This document shows, in pieces, positions 9,629 to 20,246 of a DNA stretch of 64,000 nt; position 1 is the stretch's first letter; every line of letters starts with the position of its first letter. Below the pieces are notes generated by a model that was not told the origin of the DNA, did not search any database, and saw nothing but the letters and a program-made list of their open reading frames with translations. The translations under genes were made by a program, and so were the position numbers. Origin of the DNA: Bacteroidota bacterium (GTDB taxonomy: Bacteria > Bacteroidota > Bacteroidia > Bacteroidales > UBA7960); contig REDJ01000137.1 of NCBI GenBank assembly GCA_007693555.1, positions 85 to 64,084 on the forward strand, read 5' to 3'.

Positions 9629-11035
9629 ATGAAAATAAAGTTCGGAACCGACGGATGGCGGGCTGTAATTGCTAAAGAATTTACGGTAGAAAACGTAGCC
9701 CGGGTAAGTGAGGCAGTAGCAAAATGGCTTCTGCAGAAAAAAGAAAACCCTGCAGTAATAATCGGGCACGACTGCCGCTTTGCAGGTGAACTTTTTACAG
9801 AAACCGTTGCCAAAGTAATGGCTGTAAACAACATTAAAGTATATATGGCAGATGGCTTTGTTTCTACACCCATGATCTCTCTGGGTGTTTTGAAATATGA
9901 ATGCGATTTGGGTATTGTGATAACCGCAAGTCACAATCCACCTGAATATAACGGATACAAGCTCAAAGGATCCTTCGGTGGCCCACTTATGGAAAAAGAA
10001 ATTCATGAAGTGGAAGAACTAATCCCTGAAGGTTTTGAGAAAAATCTGGATGATGTATCAATGGATGAGTTTACCAAAACAGGCAGAGTTGAAGTTACTG
10101 ACCTGGAAACCTATTATTGTAAATATCTGGAGGAGAAATTCGACCTGGATGCCATCCGCAACTCTGACCTGGAGTTTGCTTTTGACGCTATGTATGGTTC
10201 CGGTCAGAACGTAATGCGCAGGCTTTTCCCCGATATAACATTGTTACATTGCGAGAGGCAGCCCTTGTTCGACGGAATTTCACCCGAACCCCTGCATCGC
10301 AACCTGCAGGAATTTTCTGAAATGATCAGAATGGCAGAAAATATTGATTGCGGACTTGCCGTTGATGGCGATGCCGACAGGATTGCTCTCTACGACCATC
10401 AGGGAAATTACGTTGACTCCCATCATACAATGCTCCTGCTGATCCATTATTTATACCATTACAAAAAACAAACAGGCAAGGTAGCAACCGGCTTCTCTTC
10501 CACAGTAAAAATCAACAAACTTTGCCAGGAATATAACCTCCCACTTGAAATTGTAAAAATCGGATTCAAACACATTTGTGAGCTCATGCTTACAGAAGAT
10601 ATCCTTATGGGGGGCGAAGAATCAGGGGGAATTGCCGTTGCAGGACATATTCCTGAGCGTGATGGTATTTACAACGGACTTATTATTTGGGAAGCCATGG
10701 TAAAAACCGGAAAATCCCTTCGCGAACTCATTCAGGAGATTTATGATATTACCGGTGCATTTGCCTTCGAAAGGCGCGATCTGAAAATTCCGCAGGAGGA
10801 TAAAGAGCGTATTGTTGAGAATTGCGAAAACAACGTTTACAAATCGTTTGGTCCTTATAATGTAGAAAAAGTAGAAACTCTTGATGGTTTCAAATATTAC
10901 TTCAACGATCATGAATGGCTTATGATAAGACCATCCGGAACAGAACCGGTACTCAGAACCTACGCTGAATCATCAAGCCAGGAAAAAGCTTTTGAAATCC
11001 TACAACACGGCTACGAGACTATCATGAAAAAATGA
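9629..11035 (+). CDS. Phosphoglucomutase/phosphomannomutase family protein
   Basis: 468 aa. Active-site loop TASHNPPEYNGYK, metal site DGDADR, GEESGG loop. Confidence 0.85.
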   Translation: MKIKFGTDGWRAVIAKEFTVENVARVSEAVAKWLLQKKENPAVIIGHDCRFAGELFTETVAKVMAVNNIKVYMADGFVSTPMISLGVLKYECDLGIVITASHNPPEYNGYKLKGSFGGPLMEKEIHEVEELIPEGFEKNLDDVSMDEFTKTGRVEVTDLETYYCKYLEEKFDLDAIRNSDLEFAFDAMYGSGQNVMRRLFPDITLLHCERQPLFDGISPEPLHRNLQEFSEMIRMAENIDCGLAVDGDADRIALYDHQGNYVDSHHTMLLLIHYLYHYKKQTGKVATGFSSTVKINKLCQEYNLPLEIVKIGFKHICELMLTEDILMGGEESGGIAVAGHIPERDGIYNGLIIWEAMVKTGKSLRELIQEIYDITGAFAFERRDLKIPQEDKERIVENCENNVYKSFGPYNVEKVETLDGFKYYFNDHEWLMIRPSGTEPVLRTYAESSSQEKAFEILQHGYETIMKK

Positions 11036-12042
11036 TTTCTGACAGTGAAACCATAAACAAAATTTTTTCAAAAGGCTTTTTTCACTTTTGGATTGCAGAA
11101 AAGTACAGATTCTTTTCTGCAATCTTACTTTTTGCTTCCATAACATTTTCCCCAATAACAGGATACTCCGCCAGACCCTCAGGGCTTTCTGAAAATAAAA
11201 ACAACTCCGGAGAATCATTAAATCCAGGCAGATTAAAATGGGTAACAGCTGCACATATTGCAGGATTCACAGGAAGTATGCTTCTTTTAAATGAAGCATG
11301 GTACAAAAACCATCCACGTTCCTCTTTTCATTTTCATGATGATCTTGCCGACTGGAAGCAGATGGATAAAGGAGGACATGTCGTATCAGCATATCACCTT
11401 AGCAGATTCAGTCATTACAGCTTCAGGTGGGCCGGCCTCAATAATCAACAAAGTGCTTTATGGGGAAGCATTTCGGCAAATCTTTTCCTGGCAACCATAG
11501 AGATACTGGATGGTTTTTCTGAAGAATGGGGAGCTTCATGGAGCGATTTTGCAGCGAATCTTACAGGATCTGCCAGCTTTTACTTTCAGCAGATTTACTG
11601 GCATGAACAAAAGATCACCTGGAAATACTCCTTTTCAAAAAGCGGGTTGCAGAAATACCGACCGGATTTACTGGGCTCAAACCTGCCTGAAAATATGCTG
11701 AAAGACTATAACGGAATCACATACTGGCTTTCCTTTAACATGCATTCATTGCTGGGCAAACCCGATAACATACCAACCTGGCTGAACATTTCTGCCGGTT
11801 ATGGAGCTAATGGTATGCTGGGAAGCACAACCAATCCTTTATCACACAAAGGAGAACATCTCCCCTATTTTGACAGATACAGAAGCTTTTATCTGGCTCC
11901 TGATATTGATTACTCCCGCATTCAAACCAATTCTGAGATATTGCAATCCATTTTCACTGCATTGAATTTTATCAAGTTTCCGGCACCTGCCCTTGAATAT
12001 AATCGTTTGCAAGGCTTTCGGTTTCACTGGATATTTTTTTAA
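11032..12042 (+). CDS. Hypothetical protein, DUF2279 (YfiM-like) family candidate
   Basis: 336 aa; the start overlaps the upstream stop (ATGA). N-terminal hydrophobic segment and a DKGGHVVSAY-type motif, recalled from DUF2279 from memory only. Confidence 0.45.
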   Translation: MISDSETINKIFSKGFFHFWIAEKYRFFSAILLFASITFSPITGYSARPSGLSENKNNSGESLNPGRLKWVTAAHIAGFTGSMLLLNEAWYKNHPRSSFHFHDDLADWKQMDKGGHVVSAYHLSRFSHYSFRWAGLNNQQSALWGSISANLFLATIEILDGFSEEWGASWSDFAANLTGSASFYFQQIYWHEQKITWKYSFSKSGLQKYRPDLLGSNLPENMLKDYNGITYWLSFNMHSLLGKPDNIPTWLNISAGYGANGMLGSTTNPLSHKGEHLPYFDRYRSFYLAPDIDYSRIQTNSEILQSIFTALNFIKFPAPALEYNRLQGFRFHWIFF

Positions 12043-12113
12043 GCTGCCCTTTTTTCCATCCTGAGTAAGTCTTCTTTTAAATTAATTTAATTGCATTGAA
12101 TGCACTGATTAGT

Positions 12114-12121
12114 TAAATTTG
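12114..12121 (+). promoter_or_regulatory. Bacteroidota -7 promoter box TAAATTTG
   Basis: TAnnTTTG match 43 nt upstream of the P-type ATPase ATG (12164). Confidence 0.35.
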
Positions 12122-12163
12122 TAGGTGGATGCAATAAATTTCTGACTTAAATACGGATATCAT

Positions 12164-14866
12164 ATGAGCAAAGAAAAGGAAAAAGAAAAGCAAAAAACTG
12201 AAAAGTGGCATTCCAAAGAAGCAGAAATGGTTCTAAAGGTAATGGAGAGCAATTCTGATGAAGGACTCAGCGATGATGATGTGTCGGAAAGGCTGGAAAA
12301 GTATGGTAAAAATGAACTTCCCAAAGGCAAAAAGCGAACCTGGTGGATGCGTCTGTTTATGCAATTCCACAATGTCCTGATCTATGTTTTAATTGCTGCA
12401 GCAGTTATTACTGCCCTTATGGAGCATTATATCGACATGTGGGTTATTCTTGCGGTAGTTATTGTTAATGCTCTGATTGGTTTTATCCAGGAAGGAAAAG
12501 CAGAGCAGGCAATGGAAAGCATACGTGAGATGCTTTCATTGGAAGCAGTTGTAATAAGAAACGGTAAGAAAAAAACAGTTGATGCAGAGGAACTGGTGCC
12601 CGGTGATATAGTTATGCTTAAATCCGGAGATAAGGTTCCTGCCGATTTACGTTTGATAAAAACCAAGGATTTACAGGTTGAAGAATCACCACTTACAGGA
12701 GAATCTACATCGGTGGATAAATCTACTGATCCTGTTGAGGAAGATGCGGTTATCGGAGATCAGTATTCAATGGCATTTTCAGGAACTGTGGTTACTTTCG
12801 GAAAAGGAACAGGAGTGGTAACCGCCACTGGTTTAAAGACTGAGTTGGGCAAAATCAAGGAAATGATGTCGGATGTGGAAGAAATAACTACTCCTCTTTT
12901 ACAAAAAATCGACAAATTTGGAAAGTGGCTGTCATTAATAATACTGGGTATTACCGCTGCATTTTTTGCTTTTGGATATTTCTTCAGAGATTACACACTC
13001 GACGAATTATTCCTGGCAGCTATCGGTCTGATTGTGGCATCTATTCCGGAGGGTTTGCCTGCAATTATGACCATTACCCTTGCTATAGGAGTACAACGTA
13101 TGGCCAGTCGCAATGCTATAATCCGCAGGCTGCCATCAGTTGAAACCCTTGGAGCGATAAATGTTATATGTTCTGACAAAACCGGTACTCTCACCCGCAA
13201 TGAAATGACTGCCAGAACCATTGTTACTGCCGATAATGAGTATAAGGTTGAAGGAACCGGATACAAACCCGAAGGAAAAATCTTATTGGATGACAAGGAA
13301 GTTAATCCTGAAGATGACAAAGTTCTGCTTCAACTGTTAAAAACAATAAGAACCAGTAACAATTCTGAAATTGAAGAGGAGAACGGCGACTGGAAACTTA
13401 CCGGCACCCCGACAGAAGGAGCCTTACTAACCCTGAGTTATAAGGCCGGCCTTGAAGATTTTAAGCCTGAACGAATAGACTCAATCCCCTTTGAATCTGA
13501 CCATAAATACATGGCAACCCTCAATAAGGTTGATGATGATATGTATGTTTTTATGACCGGGGCACCTGAAAGGATCCTTGAAATGTGCGAGAAGCAATAT
13601 ACTAAGGATGGAGAAAAAGATCTGGATGAAAGTTTCTGGGAAGAAAAAACAAATGAAATAGCAGCTAAAGGTCAGCGGCTTTTAGGTGCAGCCTTCAGAA
13701 AAGTTGATAAAAATCGTAAAGACATTGAGAAAGACGATCTGAAAAAAAACAAAATATTCCTGGGAATTATTGGCATCATGGATCCACCCCGCGATGAAGT
13801 GATCGAATCTATCAAAGAATGTAAGGAAGCCGGTGTAGAAGTTAAAATGATCACAGGCGATCATGCCATTACTGCCAAAGCCATCGGGAAAGAGATTGGA
13901 ATCGGTGATGGTGAAAAAGCTATTACAGGCAAGGAACTGGAAGAAAAGAGTGATGAAGACCTGCTGGAAGTTGTAAAAGAATATGATGTTTATGCCCGTA
14001 CCAGTCCTGAACATAAGCTCAGGCTCGTTACCGCCCTACAGGAAAATGGAAAATTGGCTGCAATGACAGGTGATGGCGTGAATGACGCCCCCGCCCTCAA
14101 AAAGGCAAACATTGGTATTGCAATGGGCATAAAAGGCACAGAAGTAACAAAAGATGCATCAGAAATGGTACTGGCCGATGATAATTTTGCATCTATTGTA
14201 AATGCCATCGAAGAAGGCAGAACAGTGTATGACAACATTCGAAAAGCGATACTTTTTATTCTGCCTACCAATGGTGCCGAAGCGCTGGTTCTGATGACAG
14301 CAATTTTGCTGGGCATCATCATGCCAATAACACCGGTGCAGGTATTGTGGGTAAATATGGTTACGGCAGTTACACTCGCTTTGGCACTTTCATTTGAGCC
14401 CATGGAAGAGAAAGTAATGGAAAGGCCTCCACGAGAACCCGGTGAACCGATCCTTGGAGCTCATTTTATCTGGCGGATCATTTTTGTTTCATTCCTGATT
14501 GGTGGTCTTGTTTTTTTTGTTTTTAACTATGTACAGAACACACTGGAGCTCAGCGATGAAATAGCGCGTACTTTGGCGGTAAATACACTGGTAGCCGGGC
14601 AATTGTTCTATCTGTTCAATTGCCGTAAAATTAAATCACCCGGCATTGGAAAAGGATTTTTCAATAATAAGTATGCATTCATTGCTGCAGCAGCTCTCAT
14701 TCTTCTGCAAATGGTGTTTGTTTATGCTCCGTTTATGAATACATTTTTTGGCACAGAAGCCATTGATGGAAATCTTTGGCTATATCCTTTGGTTGCTGGG
14801 GGAATTGTTTTTATTGTAGTAGAATTGGAAAAATTTATTGTAAGTAAGATCAGTGGCCAGGATTAA
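12164..14866 (+). CDS. Cation-translocating P-type ATPase (type II, Ca2+-ATPase-like)
   Basis: 900 aa. Motifs TGES, PEGLPA, phosphorylation site CSDKTGTLT, and MTGDGVNDAPALKKA. About 10 TM segments. Confidence 0.9.
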   Translation: MSKEKEKEKQKTEKWHSKEAEMVLKVMESNSDEGLSDDDVSERLEKYGKNELPKGKKRTWWMRLFMQFHNVLIYVLIAAAVITALMEHYIDMWVILAVVIVNALIGFIQEGKAEQAMESIREMLSLEAVVIRNGKKKTVDAEELVPGDIVMLKSGDKVPADLRLIKTKDLQVEESPLTGESTSVDKSTDPVEEDAVIGDQYSMAFSGTVVTFGKGTGVVTATGLKTELGKIKEMMSDVEEITTPLLQKIDKFGKWLSLIILGITAAFFAFGYFFRDYTLDELFLAAIGLIVASIPEGLPAIMTITLAIGVQRMASRNAIIRRLPSVETLGAINVICSDKTGTLTRNEMTARTIVTADNEYKVEGTGYKPEGKILLDDKEVNPEDDKVLLQLLKTIRTSNNSEIEEENGDWKLTGTPTEGALLTLSYKAGLEDFKPERIDSIPFESDHKYMATLNKVDDDMYVFMTGAPERILEMCEKQYTKDGEKDLDESFWEEKTNEIAAKGQRLLGAAFRKVDKNRKDIEKDDLKKNKIFLGIIGIMDPPRDEVIESIKECKEAGVEVKMITGDHAITAKAIGKEIGIGDGEKAITGKELEEKSDEDLLEVVKEYDVYARTSPEHKLRLVTALQENGKLAAMTGDGVNDAPALKKANIGIAMGIKGTEVTKDASEMVLADDNFASIVNAIEEGRTVYDNIRKAILFILPTNGAEALVLMTAILLGIIMPITPVQVLWVNMVTAVTLALALSFEPMEEKVMERPPREPGEPILGAHFIWRIIFVSFLIGGLVFFVFNYVQNTLELSDEIARTLAVNTLVAGQLFYLFNCRKIKSPGIGKGFFNNKYAFIAAAALILLQMVFVYAPFMNTFFGTEAIDGNLWLYPLVAGGIVFIVVELEKFIVSKISGQD

Positions 14867-14902
14867 AAACTGCCCAAAATAAAACCAATTATCCGCATTT
14901 GT

Positions 14903-15706
14903 TTAAGAGATGCGTTCAATCAATTTCTGCACTCTTAAAATCACTTCCGACCTGATATGGTCGGAGGTAAACCTTGTTCTGAAGGTATCAATCCAGAAGC
15001 TTACGGTAACATCTACCCTTCCTGGAGCAATGGCTGTAACATACACTTCTGATTTACGCCTTCTTTTTATCACTCCTTCCACACTCTCAACTGCAATTTC
15101 AATTTCTTTCATTACCAGGTGATGATCTGTATTTGAAGGAAGGCTTACCAAAAAATCAAACCTCAGAAATCCATCAATGGTATAATTGATTAACGGGTTT
15201 TTTATTATGTTAGCGTTGGGCACATAAACGTCCTTACCATCGGGGGTTTTCAACTGGGTATCGCGAATGTTTAGCGCTACTACTCTTCCACGGATTGGCC
15301 CGGTTTCCACAAAATCACCTACCCGGAATGGCCTTTTAAACGCCATAAGAATACCTGCAAGAAAATTCTCACCTATATCGCGCAGGGCAAAACCAATGAT
15401 AAAAGCCGTAATACCGGCTCCTGCCAGTATACTGGCAGTAACGCCACTCAAGCCCAATACTTTAAAAGCCAAAGAAATTCCTATGATAAAAATAACTGTT
15501 CGGGTCATGGTAGCGAGAAACTCAGCAAGTAAAGGATCTTCCATGCTTTTCTTGAGTTTCTTATCGGCCATATTCCTGATAAGACGTGCAATAAACCATG
15601 CCACAACAAGAACAATAGCTGCCATAAAGAATTTTGGAGCAAGTTCACCCACCCCATGAAAGTACAAGGCAAACTGATTTAAAACATCCTGAAAAAAAGT
15701 ACGCAT
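14903..15706 (-). CDS. Mechanosensitive ion channel family protein (MscS-type)
   Basis: 267 aa. Three N-terminal TM helices followed by an MscS beta-domain-like segment (FRVGDFVETGPIRGRVVALNIRDTQL). Confidence 0.8.
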   Translation of the reverse strand: MRTFFQDVLNQFALYFHGVGELAPKFFMAAIVLVVAWFIARLIRNMADKKLKKSMEDPLLAEFLATMTRTVIFIIGISLAFKVLGLSGVTASILAGAGITAFIIGFALRDIGENFLAGILMAFKRPFRVGDFVETGPIRGRVVALNIRDTQLKTPDGKDVYVPNANIIKNPLINYTIDGFLRFDFLVSLPSNTDHHLVMKEIEIAVESVEGVIKRRRKSEVYVTAIAPGRVDVTVSFWIDTFRTRFTSDHIRSEVILRVQKLIERIS

Positions 15707-15745
15707 TATGTAAGATTAATTTAGTAACGACCTGGGGCTTAATAA

Positions 15746-16012
15746 CTATTTATCATTTTGTTCTTCTTCGAATTTCTTTTGCTCTTTAGCCCGTTCCCTG
15801 CGCCAGAGAAAATAAAGCACCACAATTATGACAGGTATTACAATGAAAAAGATAATGTTCTCTGTAGATTCAAAAAAATCTGCAGGCGGAGTCCTTTCTC
15901 TGGGAATATGGGTTGGAGTTTGCGCCCATAAAGTCAAAACAAAAAGATTCACTAAGATGAACGTAATGAAGGAACTTACCTTTTTTAAAATATCTGATTT
16001 ACGGTATTGCAT
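15746..16012 (-). CDS. Small hypothetical membrane protein
   Basis: 88 aa, two hydrophobic helices and a Lys/Glu-rich tail. It fills an otherwise empty gap; no family recognised. Confidence 0.4.
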   Translation of the reverse strand: MQYRKSDILKKVSSFITFILVNLFVLTLWAQTPTHIPRERTPPADFFESTENIIFFIVIPVIIVVLYFLWRRERAKEQKKFEEEQNDK

Positions 16013-16084
16013 GTCTTTCTCGATTTAAAGGTTTATACAGGTTAAACAAGCTAATTGATGGTTTGCTCAAAAATAATAAAAATA

Positions 16085-16933
16085 TCATTCTTCTCTTAGG
16101 CTTATGCCATTATCATTGATACTTATGATCTTTTGCCTGTAAAGGTTTCCTGCTGATTTTTTAAAGTTCTTTTTACTCATTTGCAATACCTTGTATATTT
16201 CTTCAGGAGCACTTTTATCGGTAAGTGGTAAAAACCCATCATTGTTTTTCAAAACATCAAGCAGTTTTGATGTAAACTGATCAATATGTCCGTAACCACT
16301 TTTTTGAAGCTTCAGATCGATTTTTCCATCAGGCCGTATTTCCGAAATGTAACCCTTCATTTGCTGACCCGGAAAAACATCATGAAAAATCTCATTTGCA
16401 TAAAGCAATCCGCTATGCTTTTGATTGATTATGGCTTTATATCCCAGGTCGGAGCGGGTCCATATGATCAAATCAACTTCCTGCCCTGCTTCGTAAGAAA
16501 GCGGTTCTATATCCAGGTATTTCTCCAGTTTGGCCGATGCTGCAATGCGTTTACTTCGCGGGTCAACATAAAGGTAAACAAGGTACGAACGGTCTTCTTC
16601 CATTTTGGCATTTTGCTCCTTAAAAGGAACAAGCAAATCCTTATCAAGCCCCCAGTCCAGAAATGCCCCTATCCGATTTACCGCTTTTACCTTCATAAGG
16701 GCAAACTCGCCTACCATGGCTTTGGGATTCAGGGTGGTTGCTATGGGACGGTCTTCTGAATCAAAGTAAATAAATACTTCCAGTTCATCATCCACCTTTG
16801 TGTTTGCCGGCACCCATTTGGTGGGCATAAGAATTTCTCCCATTTCACCACCATCAAGGTATACGCCGAAATCAAGGATTTTTACTACGCGAAGGGTGTT
16901 GTATTGTCCGATCTTTATTTCCATAGCAAACAA
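16085..16933 (-). CDS. S1-like RNA-binding domain protein, CvfB/YitL family
   Basis: 282 aa with repeated S1-like modules (GQYNTLRVVKILDFGVYLDGG). The track start is TTG at 16933; the ATG three codons downstream (16924) is the likelier start. Confidence 0.7.
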   Translation of the reverse strand: MFAMEIKIGQYNTLRVVKILDFGVYLDGGEMGEILMPTKWVPANTKVDDELEVFIYFDSEDRPIATTLNPKAMVGEFALMKVKAVNRIGAFLDWGLDKDLLVPFKEQNAKMEEDRSYLVYLYVDPRSKRIAASAKLEKYLDIEPLSYEAGQEVDLIIWTRSDLGYKAIINQKHSGLLYANEIFHDVFPGQQMKGYISEIRPDGKIDLKLQKSGYGHIDQFTSKLLDVLKNNDGFLPLTDKSAPEEIYKVLQMSKKNFKKSAGNLYRQKIISINDNGISLREE

Positions 16934-17066
16934 AGGTAAAGATTTATTTAATTGTTACCTTCTTCATCCCCCCCTGCTGAGCCGAAATTGTATTTTCGCT
17001 CTATTCATATGCTAGACCAACAAAAAATAAACTCGTACATTGACTTTGTCAAACTCAGCTACGCTT

Positions 17067-17248
17067 GGGTTCGTGGCTATAAAAATCCTGGTAGATCAAA
17101 CTATTGAATTGCAAATTCAAAGAAGTTTCGAGCGGCATTTCAAATGCCGCTCAGCGGGGGTTCGTGGCTATAAAAATCCTGGTAGATCAAACTATTGAAT
17201 TGCAAATTCAAAGAAGTTTCGAGCGGCATTTCAAATGCCGCTCAGCGG
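17067..17248. repeat. Perfect tandem duplication, 2 x 91 bp, each unit with two hairpins
   Basis: 17067-17157 and 17158-17248 are identical when read base by base. Internal stems lie at 17104-17120 and 17130-17152, repeated 91 nt downstream. Confidence 0.95.
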
Positions 17249-17266
17249 GGTTTAGTAAATTTTTCT

Positions 17267-17318
17267 GCAAAAATGCAAAAGCCACTTTCTCCCTGCTTTC
17301 ACAGAATGAGAAAGTGGC
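17267..17318 (-). terminator. Intrinsic terminator of the V-ATPase operon
   Basis: 11-bp stem GCCACTTTCTC / GAGAAAGTGGC (17281-17291 / 17308-17318), followed on the minus strand by TTTTGCATTTTT. Lies 29 nt after the ntpK stop. Confidence 0.7.
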
Positions 17319-17346
17319 AATAATGTATTGTAAATGATTTGTTTTC

Positions 17347-17799
<453 letters not shown>

Positions 17800-17823
17800 T
17801 TAATATTTAATTTGAGTGAAACG

Positions 17824-19641
17824 TTAGGTTAATTTTTTAAATGGATGATATTTCTTTCCACCACCGGAAAAACCGGCATTTTTATAAAACTCTACAAAAG
17901 TAAGACGCATGGGGTGCACAAATGCTCCCAGTCCCGACATGAAAAGGTTAATTCCATGTCCGATAACCAGAATCACAACCATGATAAGGATACTGAGTAC
18001 GGGTATATTACCACTCATAGACACCGCAAGACTGTTGAACACAAAGCCCAGAATGGCACTGGAAATACCCAGCGCAAACAAACGGATATAAGACAGCAGG
18101 TCGCCCAGAATACCCGTAACCATGTTGTAGGAATCCCAAAGGCCCACACCCAGATTCATAAATACATTGCGTGTAAGATTATTAAGCAGCAGGATCATGG
18201 TGCCGCTTACTCCAAGCAGTGCATACCATACAGGCGTTAATGAACTGCTTTCAATGACGGTAAATTCACCTATGGAATAAACAGAGATTGAACCCACCAG
18301 CAAAACTATCCAGCCCATGGTGCCAATAGCAAGTTTCCAGCCGTATTGGCGGGTTTCATTGATGGCCTTCAGGAATAATCCGAAAATAATCTGCACACCA
18401 CCCAATGCAAGGGATAAATAAAACAACAGATTGTTTATATCGGTTCCCCGGGCATCCAGATCGGCTGCCAGTGTTGAATAAACAGGCAATGAAGTTTCAT
18501 ACAGCGGAATGCCGAAAAATGTACCTCCTATGATACCGAAAAGTATAGTAGACAAACCCAGGTAAAACACCAGACCCATAGCTTGTTTTAGTTCTTTGGG
18601 AACTTTTTTCTTGAGAACAATGGCGGCAATAGCCATCAAAATACCATAACCTACATCTCCCAGGCAAAATCCAAAGAAAACCATATAAAACGGAGCAAAG
18701 AAAGGTGTCAGGTCCAATTCACCGTATTTAGGTAAAGAGTAAAGCTCACCAAGCATTTCAAATTTCTTCGCAAACTTCTTGTTTTTGAGCTCAATGGGAA
18801 TCTTATCCCCTTTGATTGCTTTCTGGCGGGTATACACCACAGACATCTGCTCAAGATATTCAACCATGTCGGCTTCACGGGGTTCAGGAACCCAGCCCTC
18901 AAGCAACATTACCTTTTCCTGTGCTTCGGGGCGGGTATGCATTATGGCCTGGTCGTACTCAACCGACTCAAGCATTTGCTTGTAATAGCCTTCAATAGCA
19001 TCCATGCTTTCACGGCCATGCTTATCGAAAAGTTCATTAATGTTTGCTATTTCCTTTTCCAGTTTTTCTTTCGCCTCGAGTAAAACAGATAGAGGTTTTT
19101 CGGGCGCTCGCATTTCCTCGGCAGGAATTTCATCTGTCAGATAACCTTTTTCAACCACCACAAAATATACTTGTCCTGCATGGTAAGAAATTACTTCAAT
19201 GGGATATTCAAACAGCCATTTCTCATCAAACTTTCGTTGCGCAACTGTATAAAAACGTAGTTTTAAACGATTCTCTTTGAGTGCTTCAATAGTATTAAGC
19301 GAAAAGTCGCCCCAGGGTTCCACAAGTGTAATCTCCTTTTTAAGTCCTGCCAGTTGCTGTTGCTTTTGCTCCAGCTCAACCATTGCTTCTTTAACAATAT
19401 CGAAAGCTTCTGCTCCTGATATGCTGCAATCAGCATCGTTCCTTTCTATCTCCCTTTTGGCCAAAAACTTCAACACACCACCGATTTCCTTGATATGATC
19501 AAATTTATCTCTGATCTCTGAAGGCACTTCCCTTTCCTTCTCAATAATATGAACCACGCCAAGGCGACGCAATTCTTTAAGGAATCGGGTATAGTCCTTA
19601 TGATAAACAAGGAAAGAATATTTTAACATGGGTACTATCAT
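17824..19641 (-). CDS. ntpI: V-type ATP synthase subunit I (a-subunit)
   Basis: 605 aa. Soluble coiled N-terminal half plus a polytopic C-terminal half with SYIRLFALG (conserved Arg). Overlaps ntpD by 4 nt. Confidence 0.9.
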   Translation of the reverse strand: MIVPMLKYSFLVYHKDYTRFLKELRRLGVVHIIEKEREVPSEIRDKFDHIKEIGGVLKFLAKREIERNDADCSISGAEAFDIVKEAMVELEQKQQQLAGLKKEITLVEPWGDFSLNTIEALKENRLKLRFYTVAQRKFDEKWLFEYPIEVISYHAGQVYFVVVEKGYLTDEIPAEEMRAPEKPLSVLLEAKEKLEKEIANINELFDKHGRESMDAIEGYYKQMLESVEYDQAIMHTRPEAQEKVMLLEGWVPEPREADMVEYLEQMSVVYTRQKAIKGDKIPIELKNKKFAKKFEMLGELYSLPKYGELDLTPFFAPFYMVFFGFCLGDVGYGILMAIAAIVLKKKVPKELKQAMGLVFYLGLSTILFGIIGGTFFGIPLYETSLPVYSTLAADLDARGTDINNLLFYLSLALGGVQIIFGLFLKAINETRQYGWKLAIGTMGWIVLLVGSISVYSIGEFTVIESSSLTPVWYALLGVSGTMILLLNNLTRNVFMNLGVGLWDSYNMVTGILGDLLSYIRLFALGISSAILGFVFNSLAVSMSGNIPVLSILIMVVILVIGHGINLFMSGLGAFVHPMRLTFVEFYKNAGFSGGGKKYHPFKKLT

Positions 19642-20240
19642 AAGCTTTCCTCCATTTCCTGAATTCGTGATTTCACAATTTTTTGTGCAGCCTTCGACAG
19701 GTTTTCTTCATCCTCCATATAACGCTTTATTTTGCGGATGGCATCCTGAAAACCAGGAATCTGTACTTTTTCATAGAGATTTACCTTTTGTGTTGTTTTG
19801 CGGCGGGCATGCTCCAGCAGTTTCATTTTCTGGTTAAAAACTTCGCTTTCAATGGCAATTTTGGCCAGCTCCTTGCTTATGGAAATACCGTCGAGATACC
19901 AGGAGGGTTTGTTAAAAACACTGAACTCTTTAACTGAAAATACTACGCCGTCGAGCACAGGTGTTTTCACTCCCGCAATTTTCTTTACTGATACTTCCAC
20001 TTCATCCACTATCACGAGCTCATTATCAAACTCTCCCCACATCTCCACAACCTCTTCATATTTTGCAAGTTTTTTACGGAGCTCTTTTTCAAGGCGTTCT
20101 GCTTCTGTTTTGGCCTTCTTTACTTCAACCCTGAGCGCAGCTTCCTTATTCTTCAGGGTGGGCAAAGCCTTCTCCCTGATCTTGAGTTGCTTCTCAAGTT
20201 GCTGTAAAGACGTTTTGTTATATTGAAACTTTATAGCCAT
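19638..20240 (-). CDS. ntpD: V-type ATP synthase subunit D
   Basis: 200 aa. Long coiled-coil central-stalk pattern (LPTLKNKEAALRVEVKKAK), in the expected operon position. Confidence 0.85.
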   Translation of the reverse strand: MAIKFQYNKTSLQQLEKQLKIREKALPTLKNKEAALRVEVKKAKTEAERLEKELRKKLAKYEEVVEMWGEFDNELVIVDEVEVSVKKIAGVKTPVLDGVVFSVKEFSVFNKPSWYLDGISISKELAKIAIESEVFNQKMKLLEHARRKTTQKVNLYEKVQIPGFQDAIRKIKRYMEDEENLSKAAQKIVKSRIQEMEESL

Positions 20241-20246
20241 AAAAGA

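Noticed and set aside
17067-17248. The 91-bp repeat pair as a CRISPR array.
   Set aside because: The two units are directly adjacent with no spacer between them. The unit is far longer than CRISPR repeats, and no cas genes are present in the window.
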